From an uncultured Gammaproteobacteria bacterium (lineage in GTDB: Bacteria; Patescibacteriota; Patescibacteriia; Magasanikbacterales; GWA2-37-8): a stretch of DNA of 64,000 nt. Shown in pieces: positions 49,895 through 59,366 of this stretch. Under the pieces are notes generated by a model. It saw only the letters and a list, made by a program, of their open reading frames with translations, was not told where the DNA came from and did not search any database. Numbering within the stretch: the stretch's first letter is position 1; every line of letters starts with the position of its first letter. The stretch is taken from assembly GCA_964496095.1 (NCBI GenBank), contig CAZBWU010000005.1, forward strand, positions 19,704-83,703, written 5' to 3'. The translations under genes and the position numbers were made by a program.

Positions 49895-49929
49895 ATTCAG
49901 AAATAAAATAAATAACTTTAGTTTGATTT

Positions 49930-50700
49930 ATGGCTGAACGTCAATTAAAACGGGGCTTTAGAGATTTACAAGAGATACACTTAAAGAACGCAAGAGATTT
50001 AACTTTAAATCCTGAAGAAAGTGAGAGGTATGCTTGTTTAGATACTGGATTAGAGAAGTATGAAAAAGATCTATTGGAAGGTAATCGTTTAATGGATTTT
50101 GTTGAACAGGCCTTTAATAAAGACAAAAAAGATCAGCCAGTGCGTATTCTTGATTATGGTTGTGGGCATAACGTAGCGTTACGAGAATTAGTAGCAGATA
50201 ATAATAATCCCGAAATTAAAATTGAGGCAACAGGAGTAAGTGCTGGCGATCCTCGAACTCTAGAAGAAAAGGAAGTTGATGAAAGTTGTAATATAAAGTT
50301 CATTGATCAGACAGGTATTTTTCTCAAACTTCCGATAAATACATATGATATAATTATAAGTAGGTTTGCTTTTTTTCATTTGCCAAATCCGTTAGAAACA
50401 CTTCGGACCTTGTATAAATCTCTTAAGATTGGTGGAATTATGCGAATTCATCTTAGAACATATACAGGGGCAGGATTAGCAGATAAGTTTTTTAATGATA
50501 AAGTTAGTCAAGAAGATGCAAGTAAAATTGAAGACAGGTTGATTAATGATTTAAAAAAATCAGGTATCGATTTAGAGTTAAACGGTCGAATATTATCAGT
50601 TAAAAAAAATGATGTGAATATGAGGTTCCCAAACGTGGGTTTATCTACTTCCTTCACAGATGGTCTTAAAAAGACTGGCGTGTATGTTTATAAAGACTAG
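49930..50700 (+). CDS. Class I SAM-dependent methyltransferase-like protein
   Basis: ILDYGCG, YDIIIS, LKIGG. Confidence 0.75.
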   Translation: MAERQLKRGFRDLQEIHLKNARDLTLNPEESERYACLDTGLEKYEKDLLEGNRLMDFVEQAFNKDKKDQPVRILDYGCGHNVALRELVADNNNPEIKIEATGVSAGDPRTLEEKEVDESCNIKFIDQTGIFLKLPINTYDIIISRFAFFHLPNPLETLRTLYKSLKIGGIMRIHLRTYTGAGLADKFFNDKVSQEDASKIEDRLINDLKKSGIDLELNGRILSVKKNDVNMRFPNVGLSTSFTDGLKKTGVYVYKD

Positions 50701-50714
50701 GGTTATAATGATTT

Positions 50715-51143
50715 ATGTTCAACGACCCCATCAAAAAAATTACATTTGACTTAGGCTCAGAAAATGATAGTATAGATTTTTCGTACCTCAAAAATCAAGA
50801 AATTTTACATACCCCCGAAGGTCAATTGGCTGTAGATGTGGCTCAAACTGCCGACGAACTCATTGTGGTAGCCGCCATGGCTGGGACGAGGCCAGAGAAT
50901 ATTGAATTGCATTTACACAACGATTTGCTTACCATTCGTGGTGAACGAGTTTCGCCGGTGTCACTTTCGGACGAGCACTTCTACCAAGAATGTTATTGGG
51001 GTAAGTTTTCTCGTAGTATTATTTTGCCGGTAAATGTTAAGGCAGAAGCAGTGCAAGCGCAGTATAGTCACGGAGTGTTGACTATTAGATTGCCAAAAGT
51101 TAACCGTGGCAATGATATTCCAATTATGGTAGTAGAAGAATAA
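50715..51143 (+). CDS. Small heat shock protein (Hsp20)
   Basis: LTIRGER, WGKFSRSIILP, GVLTIRLPK. Confidence 0.92.
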   Translation: MFNDPIKKITFDLGSENDSIDFSYLKNQEILHTPEGQLAVDVAQTADELIVVAAMAGTRPENIELHLHNDLLTIRGERVSPVSLSDEHFYQECYWGKFSRSIILPVNVKAEAVQAQYSHGVLTIRLPKVNRGNDIPIMVVEE

Positions 51144-51147
51144 AAAT

Positions 51148-53073
51148 ATGTCAGACGAAGAAAAAGTACAACCAAATTTGGTTGGTGCTAAGAAAAATTA
51201 TATAAAGAAAGCGCTTGTGGCTATTGGCGCTATTTTGATTTTAGTAGCTGTATTTTTTGGCGTTTCGTTTGTTTACGGTAAAGTCTATAAGGATAAAGTT
51301 TTCCCCGGAGTTTATTTGGGACAGTATCATGTAGGTGGAATGACTCAGATAGAAGTCCGAGACATGGTTGAGAATTTTAATAATAGAATTGCCAAAGAAA
51401 GTTTGGATTTTAATTTCAAAAAAGATGATCAGTCTATTAGTTTTAAACTGGATGTTATTTCAGCTGAGGATAGTTCTGTAGAAATGGTAAAAGTAAACAG
51501 TGAGACTACTGCCGCCAAACTCTTGGCTGTAGGCCGACAGGATGGTTTTTGGAACAGTTTATGGCAACCGTTATATTATCGTTTGATTTCTAATCGTTTT
51601 GATTCGGCTGATGTTGTTCTTGAAGACAAGCTTATCTCAAACTTGCAGAATTATATGTTGGCTTTTGGCAATCCGCCTCGCAATGCCAATATTAAAATTA
51701 CCGACTTGATGCCGCTGTCTTATACTATAGAATCGGAAAAAAGTGGTTTTATTTTTGACTACGATGAATTAAAAAATAAAATAGTAAGTCAAATCTCAGA
51801 ATTATCGCTCAAGCCAATTGCTATAACTAAAAAAGAATTTAAACCGGATGTTGTGGTGTCTGATTTAGAACCACTCAAAAGCAAGTTGGCTGAAGTTTTA
51901 AATTATGGCAATTTAGGATTAAATTATACTGATCCTCAAACAGCGGTAAAACGTGACTGGAGCATTGGTCCAACTATTTATACCGATTGGCTGGAAGTGC
52001 GAAAAGAAAACGGTGAGCCGATTTTTGCCTTAAACAAAGAAAAAGTAAAAACCTATTTAGAAACCATAGCTCCATTTGTAAATACTCCAGCCAAAGACGC
52101 AAAGTTTGTGATGGAAGGGGAAAAAGTCAAAGAGTTTCAAGCAAACCAGTCAGGGTTAAGTTTGAATGAAGAAAAGACCTACCAGGATCTTGATTCTGTT
52201 TTTAGAGATAGAAATTATCGTCCGGCTGATTTGGCCAAAACAGTCACTGTCTCTGTAGATATTGTTGAGCCAAATATTGTCATGGCTAATATCAATAATC
52301 TCGGTATTATGGAAAAAATAGGTACAGGCTACTCTACCTTTAAAGATAGTCACACCAATAGAATCAAAAATATTGCTAATGCTGTAAAAAGATTAAATGG
52401 TGTTTTGATAAAACCAGGTGAAGAATTTTCTGCCAATAAATATGCTGGTCCATATACCAAAGAAAATGGATTTTTACCGGAACAAGTAATCAAAGGCAAT
52501 GAAATAAAGCCAGAAATTGGTGGGGGTATGTGTCAGATTGGGACGACTTTGTTTAGGACCGCGATGAATTCCGGTATGCCCATTACCGAACGTCGTAATC
52601 ATTCCTTGGTAGTTGGTTACTATGCCGATCCAGTTAACGGTAATCCTGGCACGGACTCTACGCTTTACGAGCCAAGCGTCGATTTTAAATTTATGAATGA
52701 TACCGGTAATTACTTGCTTTTACAGACTTCAATTGATTATGCAAAACAACAATTGGTGTTTACCTTGTGGGGTAAAAGCGATGGTCGTAGTGGATCCTAT
52801 ACTCATCCAATTGTCAGTAAATGGATACCAGCAGGCGAACCTCAAAATATTGTCTCCAATACTTTGAAACCAGGAGAAACAAAATGTCAGGCTGCATTCC
52901 GTGGGGCGGTTGCTTCTTTTGTCTATACTCGTTTTACTTCTACGACTGAAAAAATAGAAAGAGTCTTCGATAGTTATTATAGGCCGTTGCCAAAAATTTG
53001 TATGGTCGGCGCTTCTGCATCTACCAGTACTCCTGGTTCTGATGTGCCTTTGGACTTGGGAGAAGGGAATTAG
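51148..53073 (+). CDS. VanW family protein with peptidoglycan-binding repeats
   Basis: R.KNI, PGEEFS, GGGMCQIGTTLF, ERRNHS, DFKFMNDT. Confidence 0.88.
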   Translation: MSDEEKVQPNLVGAKKNYIKKALVAIGAILILVAVFFGVSFVYGKVYKDKVFPGVYLGQYHVGGMTQIEVRDMVENFNNRIAKESLDFNFKKDDQSISFKLDVISAEDSSVEMVKVNSETTAAKLLAVGRQDGFWNSLWQPLYYRLISNRFDSADVVLEDKLISNLQNYMLAFGNPPRNANIKITDLMPLSYTIESEKSGFIFDYDELKNKIVSQISELSLKPIAITKKEFKPDVVVSDLEPLKSKLAEVLNYGNLGLNYTDPQTAVKRDWSIGPTIYTDWLEVRKENGEPIFALNKEKVKTYLETIAPFVNTPAKDAKFVMEGEKVKEFQANQSGLSLNEEKTYQDLDSVFRDRNYRPADLAKTVTVSVDIVEPNIVMANINNLGIMEKIGTGYSTFKDSHTNRIKNIANAVKRLNGVLIKPGEEFSANKYAGPYTKENGFLPEQVIKGNEIKPEIGGGMCQIGTTLFRTAMNSGMPITERRNHSLVVGYYADPVNGNPGTDSTLYEPSVDFKFMNDTGNYLLLQTSIDYAKQQLVFTLWGKSDGRSGSYTHPIVSKWIPAGEPQNIVSNTLKPGETKCQAAFRGAVASFVYTRFTSTTEKIERVFDSYYRPLPKICMVGASASTSTPGSDVPLDLGEGN

Positions 53074-53088
53074 TTGACCATTATCATT

Positions 53089-53260
53089 TGTCATCCTGAG
53101 TGGGGTTAACACCCCCGAAGGATCTCTGTCTGTTTTGTTCGTTGTCATTCCGAACGAAGGAGTTTTTACGACGGAGTGGAGGAATCCCTTAAACTTGGTT
53201 TTTGCAATTATGATGTGTAAGGGATCCTTCGACTCCGCTACGGCTCCGCTCAGGATGACA
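53089..53260. repeat. Composite TGTCAT repeat: left half of subtype A (53089 to ~53130) fused to a full subtype C (53143-53260)
   Basis: GGGGTTAACACCCCCGA.GGATCTCTGTC as at 16628; GGAATCCCTTAAAC...AAGGGATCC as at 42677. Confidence 0.85.
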
Positions 53261-53261
53261 G

Positions 53262-53301
53262 AAAAAAATCCACCCCCACCTCAGTAAAGAGATGGGGGTG
53301 G
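53262..53301 (-). terminator. Intrinsic terminator of the ncRNA
   Basis: Minus strand CCACCCCCATCTC...GAGGTGGGGGTGG-ATTTTTTT. Confidence 0.75.
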
Positions 53302-53588
53302 TTTAATTTTATTGGAGGAAAGAAACTTCCCTCCTGAACCGCACCCAAGAAGATGTATTAAAGATGAAAACGAGCCGAAGCCTGTTTGTCCCTCTAACAC
53401 ATCTCCATGCTTGTCGTGGATACGGGATGATACATGTTAGTCTTACTAGTAACTCTATCATGCACTACCCGTTTCCAGACTTGCTAATGTGCGCTTGTGT
53501 CTAATTATTAAAGTATTGTATTTTTGCCTCGTAGTAGTACCGTTTTAGGGGTTCATAACTCTTGTGGCGACTTTGCTTTTTAGACAAC
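53262..53588 (-). ncRNA. Unassigned structured ncRNA (~330 nt)
   Basis: Consensus promoter 53594-53622, several long G:U-containing helices on the minus strand, cUUCGg loop, terminator 53262-53301; no ORF of 60 aa or more. Confidence 0.7.
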
Positions 53589-53593
53589 TGCGA

Positions 53594-53622
53594 ATTATAC
53601 TATAAATTAATAAATTTGTCAA
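53594..53622 (-). promoter_or_regulatory. Perfect sigma70 promoter
   Basis: Minus strand TTGACA-17nt-TATAAT. Confidence 0.85.
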
Positions 53623-53687
53623 GGGTATGGAGGGGATAAGACCATTTTTTTGGCTAATTTAAGCGGAAATAGTACTAAAGAATATTA

Positions 53688-53756
53688 TTGACAAAGCTTA
53701 ATTTTTATGACATACTCTGTTATTCGATAATTAAGCGAATAAATAGCTCTTTAAAA
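53688..53756 (+). promoter_or_regulatory. Sigma70 promoter plus hairpin and boxA-like element of unit B
   Basis: TTGACA-17nt-CATACT, hairpin CTGTTATTCG/CGAATAAATAG, then GCTCTTTAAAA (53746-53756). Confidence 0.65.
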
Positions 53757-53900
53757 TTCGATATGGTTCTTCGGTGCGAATAGAGCTTCGTTTATCATTT
53801 GAATATGGTAGTAGGAGTTCTATTCGCACTATAATTACAATCTCTCCTCGGGTATGCCGAAGAGGGATCTCACCCGAATTGAAAAACTGGAGGAGGTCGT

Positions 53901-54224
53901 ATGAGCAACAAGGAAGGGCCGCCTAAAGGGTGGAAAGAGGGTGTCTTCGAGCAAATCGATGCCGAGGAGGAAGATGATGCGCTGGATCGATGGGACAGAG
54001 GCCTGCCGCTTACAGCAGCACAAGAGGCCATTGTCCAGCGGTATAGGACTATGGTGCACAGGATGAGAAGTCTCCCCCCTGTGGAACCGCCTGTTGGATG
54101 GGAGGCGCGCGCTCGCGCCCGGTTCCGCAACGCTCGTGCCCGCGAGCGCCGCCGCATGCTGGCCGTGTGCGCTGTTCTCGTCTTCATCGCCGTTGCGGCG
54201 GCATTCGTGGTGGTCGGCCGTTAG
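53901..54224 (+). CDS. GC-rich ORFan with a C-terminal TM helix (unit B; anti-sigma-like topology)
   Basis: GGAGGAGG SD at 53889-53896; G/C-rich codons; acidic N-terminus, Arg-rich linker, hydrophobic tail. Confidence 0.7.
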   Translation: MSNKEGPPKGWKEGVFEQIDAEEEDDALDRWDRGLPLTAAQEAIVQRYRTMVHRMRSLPPVEPPVGWEARARARFRNARARERRRMLAVCAVLVFIAVAAAFVVVGR

Positions 54225-54375
54225 ATCGTCGTCACGACGGGAATCGGAGAATCATGTCCACGCTGGGCCACCACGGTCGTGAGATCGAGCTGGCCTGCGT
54301 CCGAAGAGGCGTTGCACTTGCTCAGTGCGCGCCTCACTCCGAATATTTTTTGTACTTTGTAAAAAAGATTGAGGA

Positions 54376-54411
54376 ATAAAAAACTATCCTTCTGTGGATA
54401 GTTTTTTATTT
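54376..54411. terminator. Bidirectional terminator between unit B and clpP
   Basis: AATAAAAAACTATCC...GGATAGTTTTTTATT. Confidence 0.75.
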
Positions 54412-54423
54412 TGTAGTTTGTTT

Positions 54424-55023
54424 TTATTTTTCAATCACCTTATCAATCAATCCGTAAGCCAAAGCTTCCTCGGCGCTCATAAAGTTGTCTCTATCAGTAT
54501 CTTTTTCTACCTGCTCAAGCTTTTTGCCAGAATGTTTGGACATTATTTTATTTAAATTATCTTTTATTTTTAAGATTCTTTCCGCGCGGATTTTAATATC
54601 ACTCGCTTGTCCTTCCATTCCACCCATTACTTGGTGGATCATAATTTCGGCATTAGGCAAAGCAAAACGTTTTCCTTTAGCGCCGGCATTAAGTAGAAAC
54701 GCGCCCATGCTAGCAGCCATACCAATACAAATAGTACTGACATCTGGTTTGATATATTGCATGGTGTCATATATTGCCATACCAGCAGTTACTGATCCGC
54801 CAGGGGAGTTGATGTACAACTTGATATCTTTTTCTGGGTTTTGGTTTTCCAAGAATAACAATTGGGCGATAATAACATTGGCGACATTATCATCTACTTG
54901 TGTACCCAAAAATATAATTCGATCTTGGAGTAAGCGAGAATAAATATCATAAGCGCGTTCACCGAAGGTAGTTTTTTCGATGACGGTTGGGATGAGGTAT
55001 TGGGATTTGATTTCTTCTTTCAT
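54424..55023 (-). CDS. clpP: ATP-dependent Clp protease proteolytic subunit
   Basis: [25 protein letters not shown]. Confidence 0.97.
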   Translation of the reverse strand: MKEEIKSQYLIPTVIEKTTFGERAYDIYSRLLQDRIIFLGTQVDDNVANVIIAQLLFLENQNPEKDIKLYINSPGGSVTAGMAIYDTMQYIKPDVSTICIGMAASMGAFLLNAGAKGKRFALPNAEIMIHQVMGGMEGQASDIKIRAERILKIKDNLNKIMSKHSGKKLEQVEKDTDRDNFMSAEEALAYGLIDKVIEK

Positions 55024-55060
55024 ATTGTTATTATTAAGAATTTAGAATATAGGTTACAAC

Positions 55061-55171
55061 TGTCATTCTGAACACCCTAAAGGGTATAAACTCCGTGAAG
55101 AATATTTCCGTTAGCAAAACTTTTTCTCGGAAAGATCCCTTGTCGCCCTTGAGGGCTCGCTCAGGATGACA
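55061..55171. repeat. TGTCAT...ATGACA palindromic repeat, subtype B, upstream of clpP
   Basis: Inverted copy of 20283-20392. Confidence 0.85.
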
Positions 55172-55194
55172 TTGCAGTTTTTTTATTCTACCAT

Positions 55195-56157
55195 TTACTT
55201 TTTACTCTGTAAATCTACCACGCGTTGCACAATACTTTCAATACTGCCTTCAGCTGTAAATCCAGCTGCCTTTTTATGCCCACCACCGCCAAGTTTTTTG
55301 GCCAGAGCTGCTACGTCTACACCTTCGTGGGTGGTGCGGAAACTGCCTTTAATTTTTCCATCTTCGGTTTCTCGCATAAAGAGAGAAATGGTCGAGTCGT
55401 TAAGTTTATTTAAAAAATTGGAAATGCCTTCGGCGTCAGCATCGCTCGCATTGTATTTTTTTAGATCTTGATTGGTGAGATATGTATAAGCCAATCCGAT
55501 TTCTTCTTTCTTTTTTAATCGCCCCAATACTACTCCCCAAAGCTTGAACAGATTAATAGATTTGTTTTGCATGAGCGATCGATTGATGATAATCCAATTA
55601 GCTCCGAGGCGTAATAATTCTCCAGAAGCGGTCAGGGCGGTATATGAGGTTGCGGAGTTAGTAAAATTATCGGTGTCGGTGATTAGACCCATCAGGAGAG
55701 CGGTGGCCATAGTAGGAGTAATGCGAATAGTGTTGGCTTTGAAATAATTATAGACAATTTCGGTAGCGGAGGCAGATTTGTCATTAACTAGATTAAACAA
55801 GCCGTATTTTTCATTGGTAGCGTGGTGATCAATATTAACAATGCTTGCCGGGTGGTCTTTGATAATCTCGGCTACACCAGCATAGCGTAAGTCGCCACAG
55901 TCCACAACCATGATTACATCAGCGTCTTTAAATATTTTTGGGTCGTTGCTTACGAGATTAATATTGTGCAAGAAGTTGAATTTTTCAGGTACAAGACTTA
56001 GGCAAAAAATTTGTACGGTTTTATTCATTGCTATTAGATATTCTGCCAAAGATAAGGACGAGCCCAAAGTATCACCATCAGGATTTTGATGCGACACAAG
56101 CACGATTTTATTGGCAGTTTGGACATGCCGGTGAATTTGTTGGGCAGTTCTATGCAT
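55195..56157 (-). CDS. nrnA: Bifunctional oligoribonuclease/PAP phosphatase NrnA (DHH/DHHA1)
   Basis: HQNPDGD, IDHH, TDTDNF, GGGGHKKAAG. Confidence 0.9.
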   Translation of the reverse strand: MHRTAQQIHRHVQTANKIVLVSHQNPDGDTLGSSLSLAEYLIAMNKTVQIFCLSLVPEKFNFLHNINLVSNDPKIFKDADVIMVVDCGDLRYAGVAEIIKDHPASIVNIDHHATNEKYGLFNLVNDKSASATEIVYNYFKANTIRITPTMATALLMGLITDTDNFTNSATSYTALTASGELLRLGANWIIINRSLMQNKSINLFKLWGVVLGRLKKKEEIGLAYTYLTNQDLKKYNASDADAEGISNFLNKLNDSTISLFMRETEDGKIKGSFRTTHEGVDVAALAKKLGGGGHKKAAGFTAEGSIESIVQRVVDLQSKK

Positions 56158-56282
56158 ATTTTAGTTAACGGACAATTATATAGTGATTATACACCTTTGT
56201 CAACCCTAGCGGTTGTATGGTACAATCTTTGTAGTTATTTTCCTAAAAAGCTAACTAGCTAAGAAGCTACAAGCTTTTGGTT

Positions 56283-59200
56283 ATGCATCTTAAGCGTTTA
56301 GAAATAAAAGGTTTTAAATCATTTGCCGAAAAGACTGTTTTGGATTTTTTGTCGTACAAAAATAATCGTTATAGCATTACTGCCATTGTTGGTCCAAATG
56401 GATCAGGCAAATCAAATGTGGCTGACGCTATTCGTTGGGTAATGGGTGAGCAGAGTGTCAAAAATTTGCGCGGTAAAAAAACCGAAGATGTTATTTTTAA
56501 TGGTTCCGAAGTAAAGGGTCAGCTCAGCGCCGCCGAAGTGACCATGGTTTTAGATAATAATTTGGGAGCTAGCGGATCTGCTCAAACCAAAGTCATGCAA
56601 GATTATCCAGAGATTACGGTTTCACGTCGTTTGTATCGATCAGGAGAGAGTGAATATTTGATAAATAATAATCCAGTTCGTCTTTTGGATATCCACATGT
56701 TTTTGGCGCAAGCGCAATTTGCTCAGCATTCATATAGTGTGATTGGCCAGGGAACTATAGATAAATTATTGACCGTCAGTCCAGCCGAACGTAAAGATTT
56801 TTTGGATGAAGCCTCTGGTATAAAAGAATTTCAAATCAAACAGCATCAGTCAAGTCTCAAAATGGCGCGTACTAGAGAAAATTTGGAACAAGCGGAGAGA
56901 TTAGTACAAGAAGTAGAACCCCGCCTCAAAATTTTGGCTCGGCAAGTAAAAAAATTGGAACAGCGCCAAGAGGTAGAAATTGAGCTTCGGGAAAATCAGC
57001 AAAAATATTTTACTTCAGTTTATCTGGCTAATAAGTCGGAATTAGATAAATTTAATCTTACCCTTTCAGGTGTGGAGGTAAATTATCGCCAGACATTTCA
57101 AGAATTAAATGAAGTGCAAACCGAACTTTCTGTTTTGGCTAGAGCTTCTACTAGGCAAGAAATTTTTAATGATTTACAGGCCAAGTTTCAGTTATTGGTT
57201 CATGAAAAAAATGATTTGGAAAGACAGTTGGCTATCAAAGATGGTCAGATGAAAACGGAATACAATAAAGAAGGCAAGCAAAATATTGGTTGGTTGGAAG
57301 AAAAAATAGGCACTTTAAAATTACAACATGATTCTCTTCTTAACCAGATTAGTTTAGCGCAGACTGAAATGGAGCAATCCGCTGATTTTGTGGCTGAACA
57401 GAAAAATTTATTATCACAGATTACCCAAGAAAAGACCGAATCCCAAATAAAATTATCAGCCTTGGATAAACAAGTTTTTCAAGATCAATCAGAGCAAAAT
57501 TATCGCCAGTTGAGCGGTTTGTTTGCGGTGCAATCAGTTTTAGAAAACAAAGACAAATTTGGCACTGTGCATGGCCTGGTGGCTGAGTTGGGTGAAGTAG
57601 AAGAAAAGTTTCGTTTGGCTTTGGAGGTGGCAGCCGGTTCTTATCTTTCGGCGCTGGTAGTAGCCGACGAAGAAGTGGCCAGACTAGGGATTGAATTTTT
57701 GCGTAATAACAGATTAGGTGTCGCTACGTTTTTGCCACTTAGTAAAATTAGACCTAGATTTGTAGATCAGGAAGTGAGCTCCGTTTTGTCTTTGCCGGGA
57801 GTGGTAGGATTGGCTACTGATATTGTGAAGTATGATAATAAATTTTCTAATATTTTTTCTTTTGTTTTTGGTCAAACTGTAGTGGTAGAAGATTTGGTTG
57901 TTGCCAAAAAGATTGGTGTTGGTCGAGTGCGGATGGTGACTTTGACAGGTGATATGGTAGAAAAAAACGGGGTTATGAAAGGTGGCTTCAAGCAAATTAA
58001 AAAAGATGCTTTAGGCTTCTCAACACGGTTGCGTTGGAAAGGAGACAATTTGGCTGAGTCTCAAGCGCAGATTAGTTTGGTCAAACAAAAAATTAATGAT
58101 TTGGACGCTGATTACGAAAAAATAAAAATAAAACTTTTAGAATTTGAATCCAAAAAAGAAATTACCGGTTCTAAGTTTAATCTTTTACAAGAAGAGATTA
58201 AGCGAGTTGGTCAAGAAAAAGGCAGCCTGGAACACGAACTGGCTTTGTATAATTCAGATCCAAAAGATATCGGTCTTTTGTTGTCTGGTTTGGCAGAAGA
58301 AAAAGAACGTCTGCTGGCGCAGATAGAGACCAAAGCAAAAGAAGCGCAAGAATATTCTCAAAAAATAGACAGTTTCAACAAAGACGAAGAAGCTAAGAAA
58401 CAAAAAGTTTTTGCGTTGCAAGATGCCATGCAGAAAAAACAGAATTTGCTCAATGAAATTTTGTCAAAGAGAAATGATCTAAAAATTGAAGTGGCAAAGC
58501 TAGAGACAAAGCAGGAGGCTTTGGCGGAAGAAGTCAGAATCGAACTTGGTATTTCTATAGAATCTTTATTGGAAAAAAATGCGACTGCCGTTGGTTTGGA
58601 AAATATCACTCAGGTCATGGATGAGATTCAAAAATTAAAATATCAACTTAGTTTGATCGGTGGAATTGATAAAGAAGTAGTAGGGGAATACCAACAAAGT
58701 AAAGAGAGGTATGATTTTCTGTCAGATCAGATTAATGATTTGCGCACAGCTATGACTGATCTAGAAAAAATGATTTTGGAGTTGGATGAAATTATGAAAA
58801 AGAAACGATCTGCTTCGTTTAAAAAAATTAGAAAAGAATTCGATCGTTATATTAAAATATTATTTGCCGGCGGTGATGGGGATATATTTGAAATTTATGG
58901 AGAAGAAAAAGAAGAGAATGATGAGGCTGGTTCAGTTGATGGAGTTATATCAGCAGAAGAAGCAATAAAAAATAAAGATAAAGTTTTGATGGGTATAGAT
59001 ATTTCTATCAACCCTCCCGGCAAAAAAGTAAAAAATATCAGCATGCTTTCCGGTGGTGAGCGCACTCTTGCCTCAATCGCTCTTATTTGCGCAATATTAA
59101 GTTATAATCCATCCCCGTTTGTGGTGCTTGATGAAGTTGAGGCGGCTCTTGATGAGGCCAATACTAGGAGGTTTGCCGAGATTGTCGCCGAACTATCATC

Positions 59201-59360
59201 GCAGTCTCAGTTTATTATTATTACCCATAATCGGGTAACTATGCACGCCGCCGATGCTTTGTATGGGGTAGTGATGAACAATGATGGTATTTCCAAATTG
59301 TTAAGCGTAAAATTGGAAGAAGTGCCAAAATATTCTGAAGATAATACAATTATTAAATAA
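56283..59360 (+). CDS. smc: Chromosome segregation protein SMC
   Basis: GFKSF, GPNGSGKSN, hinge G.ATFLPL, LSGGE, LDEVEAALD. Confidence 0.95.
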   Translation: MHLKRLEIKGFKSFAEKTVLDFLSYKNNRYSITAIVGPNGSGKSNVADAIRWVMGEQSVKNLRGKKTEDVIFNGSEVKGQLSAAEVTMVLDNNLGASGSAQTKVMQDYPEITVSRRLYRSGESEYLINNNPVRLLDIHMFLAQAQFAQHSYSVIGQGTIDKLLTVSPAERKDFLDEASGIKEFQIKQHQSSLKMARTRENLEQAERLVQEVEPRLKILARQVKKLEQRQEVEIELRENQQKYFTSVYLANKSELDKFNLTLSGVEVNYRQTFQELNEVQTELSVLARASTRQEIFNDLQAKFQLLVHEKNDLERQLAIKDGQMKTEYNKEGKQNIGWLEEKIGTLKLQHDSLLNQISLAQTEMEQSADFVAEQKNLLSQITQEKTESQIKLSALDKQVFQDQSEQNYRQLSGLFAVQSVLENKDKFGTVHGLVAELGEVEEKFRLALEVAAGSYLSALVVADEEVARLGIEFLRNNRLGVATFLPLSKIRPRFVDQEVSSVLSLPGVVGLATDIVKYDNKFSNIFSFVFGQTVVVEDLVVAKKIGVGRVRMVTLTGDMVEKNGVMKGGFKQIKKDALGFSTRLRWKGDNLAESQAQISLVKQKINDLDADYEKIKIKLLEFESKKEITGSKFNLLQEEIKRVGQEKGSLEHELALYNSDPKDIGLLLSGLAEEKERLLAQIETKAKEAQEYSQKIDSFNKDEEAKKQKVFALQDAMQKKQNLLNEILSKRNDLKIEVAKLETKQEALAEEVRIELGISIESLLEKNATAVGLENITQVMDEIQKLKYQLSLIGGIDKEVVGEYQQSKERYDFLSDQINDLRTAMTDLEKMILELDEIMKKKRSASFKKIRKEFDRYIKILFAGGDGDIFEIYGEEKEENDEAGSVDGVISAEEAIKNKDKVLMGIDISINPPGKKVKNISMLSGGERTLASIALICAILSYNPSPFVVLDEVEAALDEANTRRFAEIVAELSSQSQFIIITHNRVTMHAADALYGVVMNNDGISKLLSVKLEEVPKYSEDNTIIK

Positions 59361-59366
59361 TGCAAT

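Noticed and set aside
53314-53334. GGAGGAAAG as an RNase P RNA signature
   Set aside because: Not followed by TCC, no matching 3' P4 strand, and on the strand opposite the promoter.
53309-53461. 50-codon minus-strand ORF inside the candidate ncRNA
   Set aside because: The start codon is buried in a long helix, there is no SD or typical AT-rich start context, and G:U-rich helices argue for RNA function; not fully excluded.
627-55171. CRISPR array or integron attC interpretation of the repeats
   Set aside because: Repeats are dispersed, not regularly spaced; no cas or integrase gene; no consistent RYYYAAC/GTTRRRY ends.
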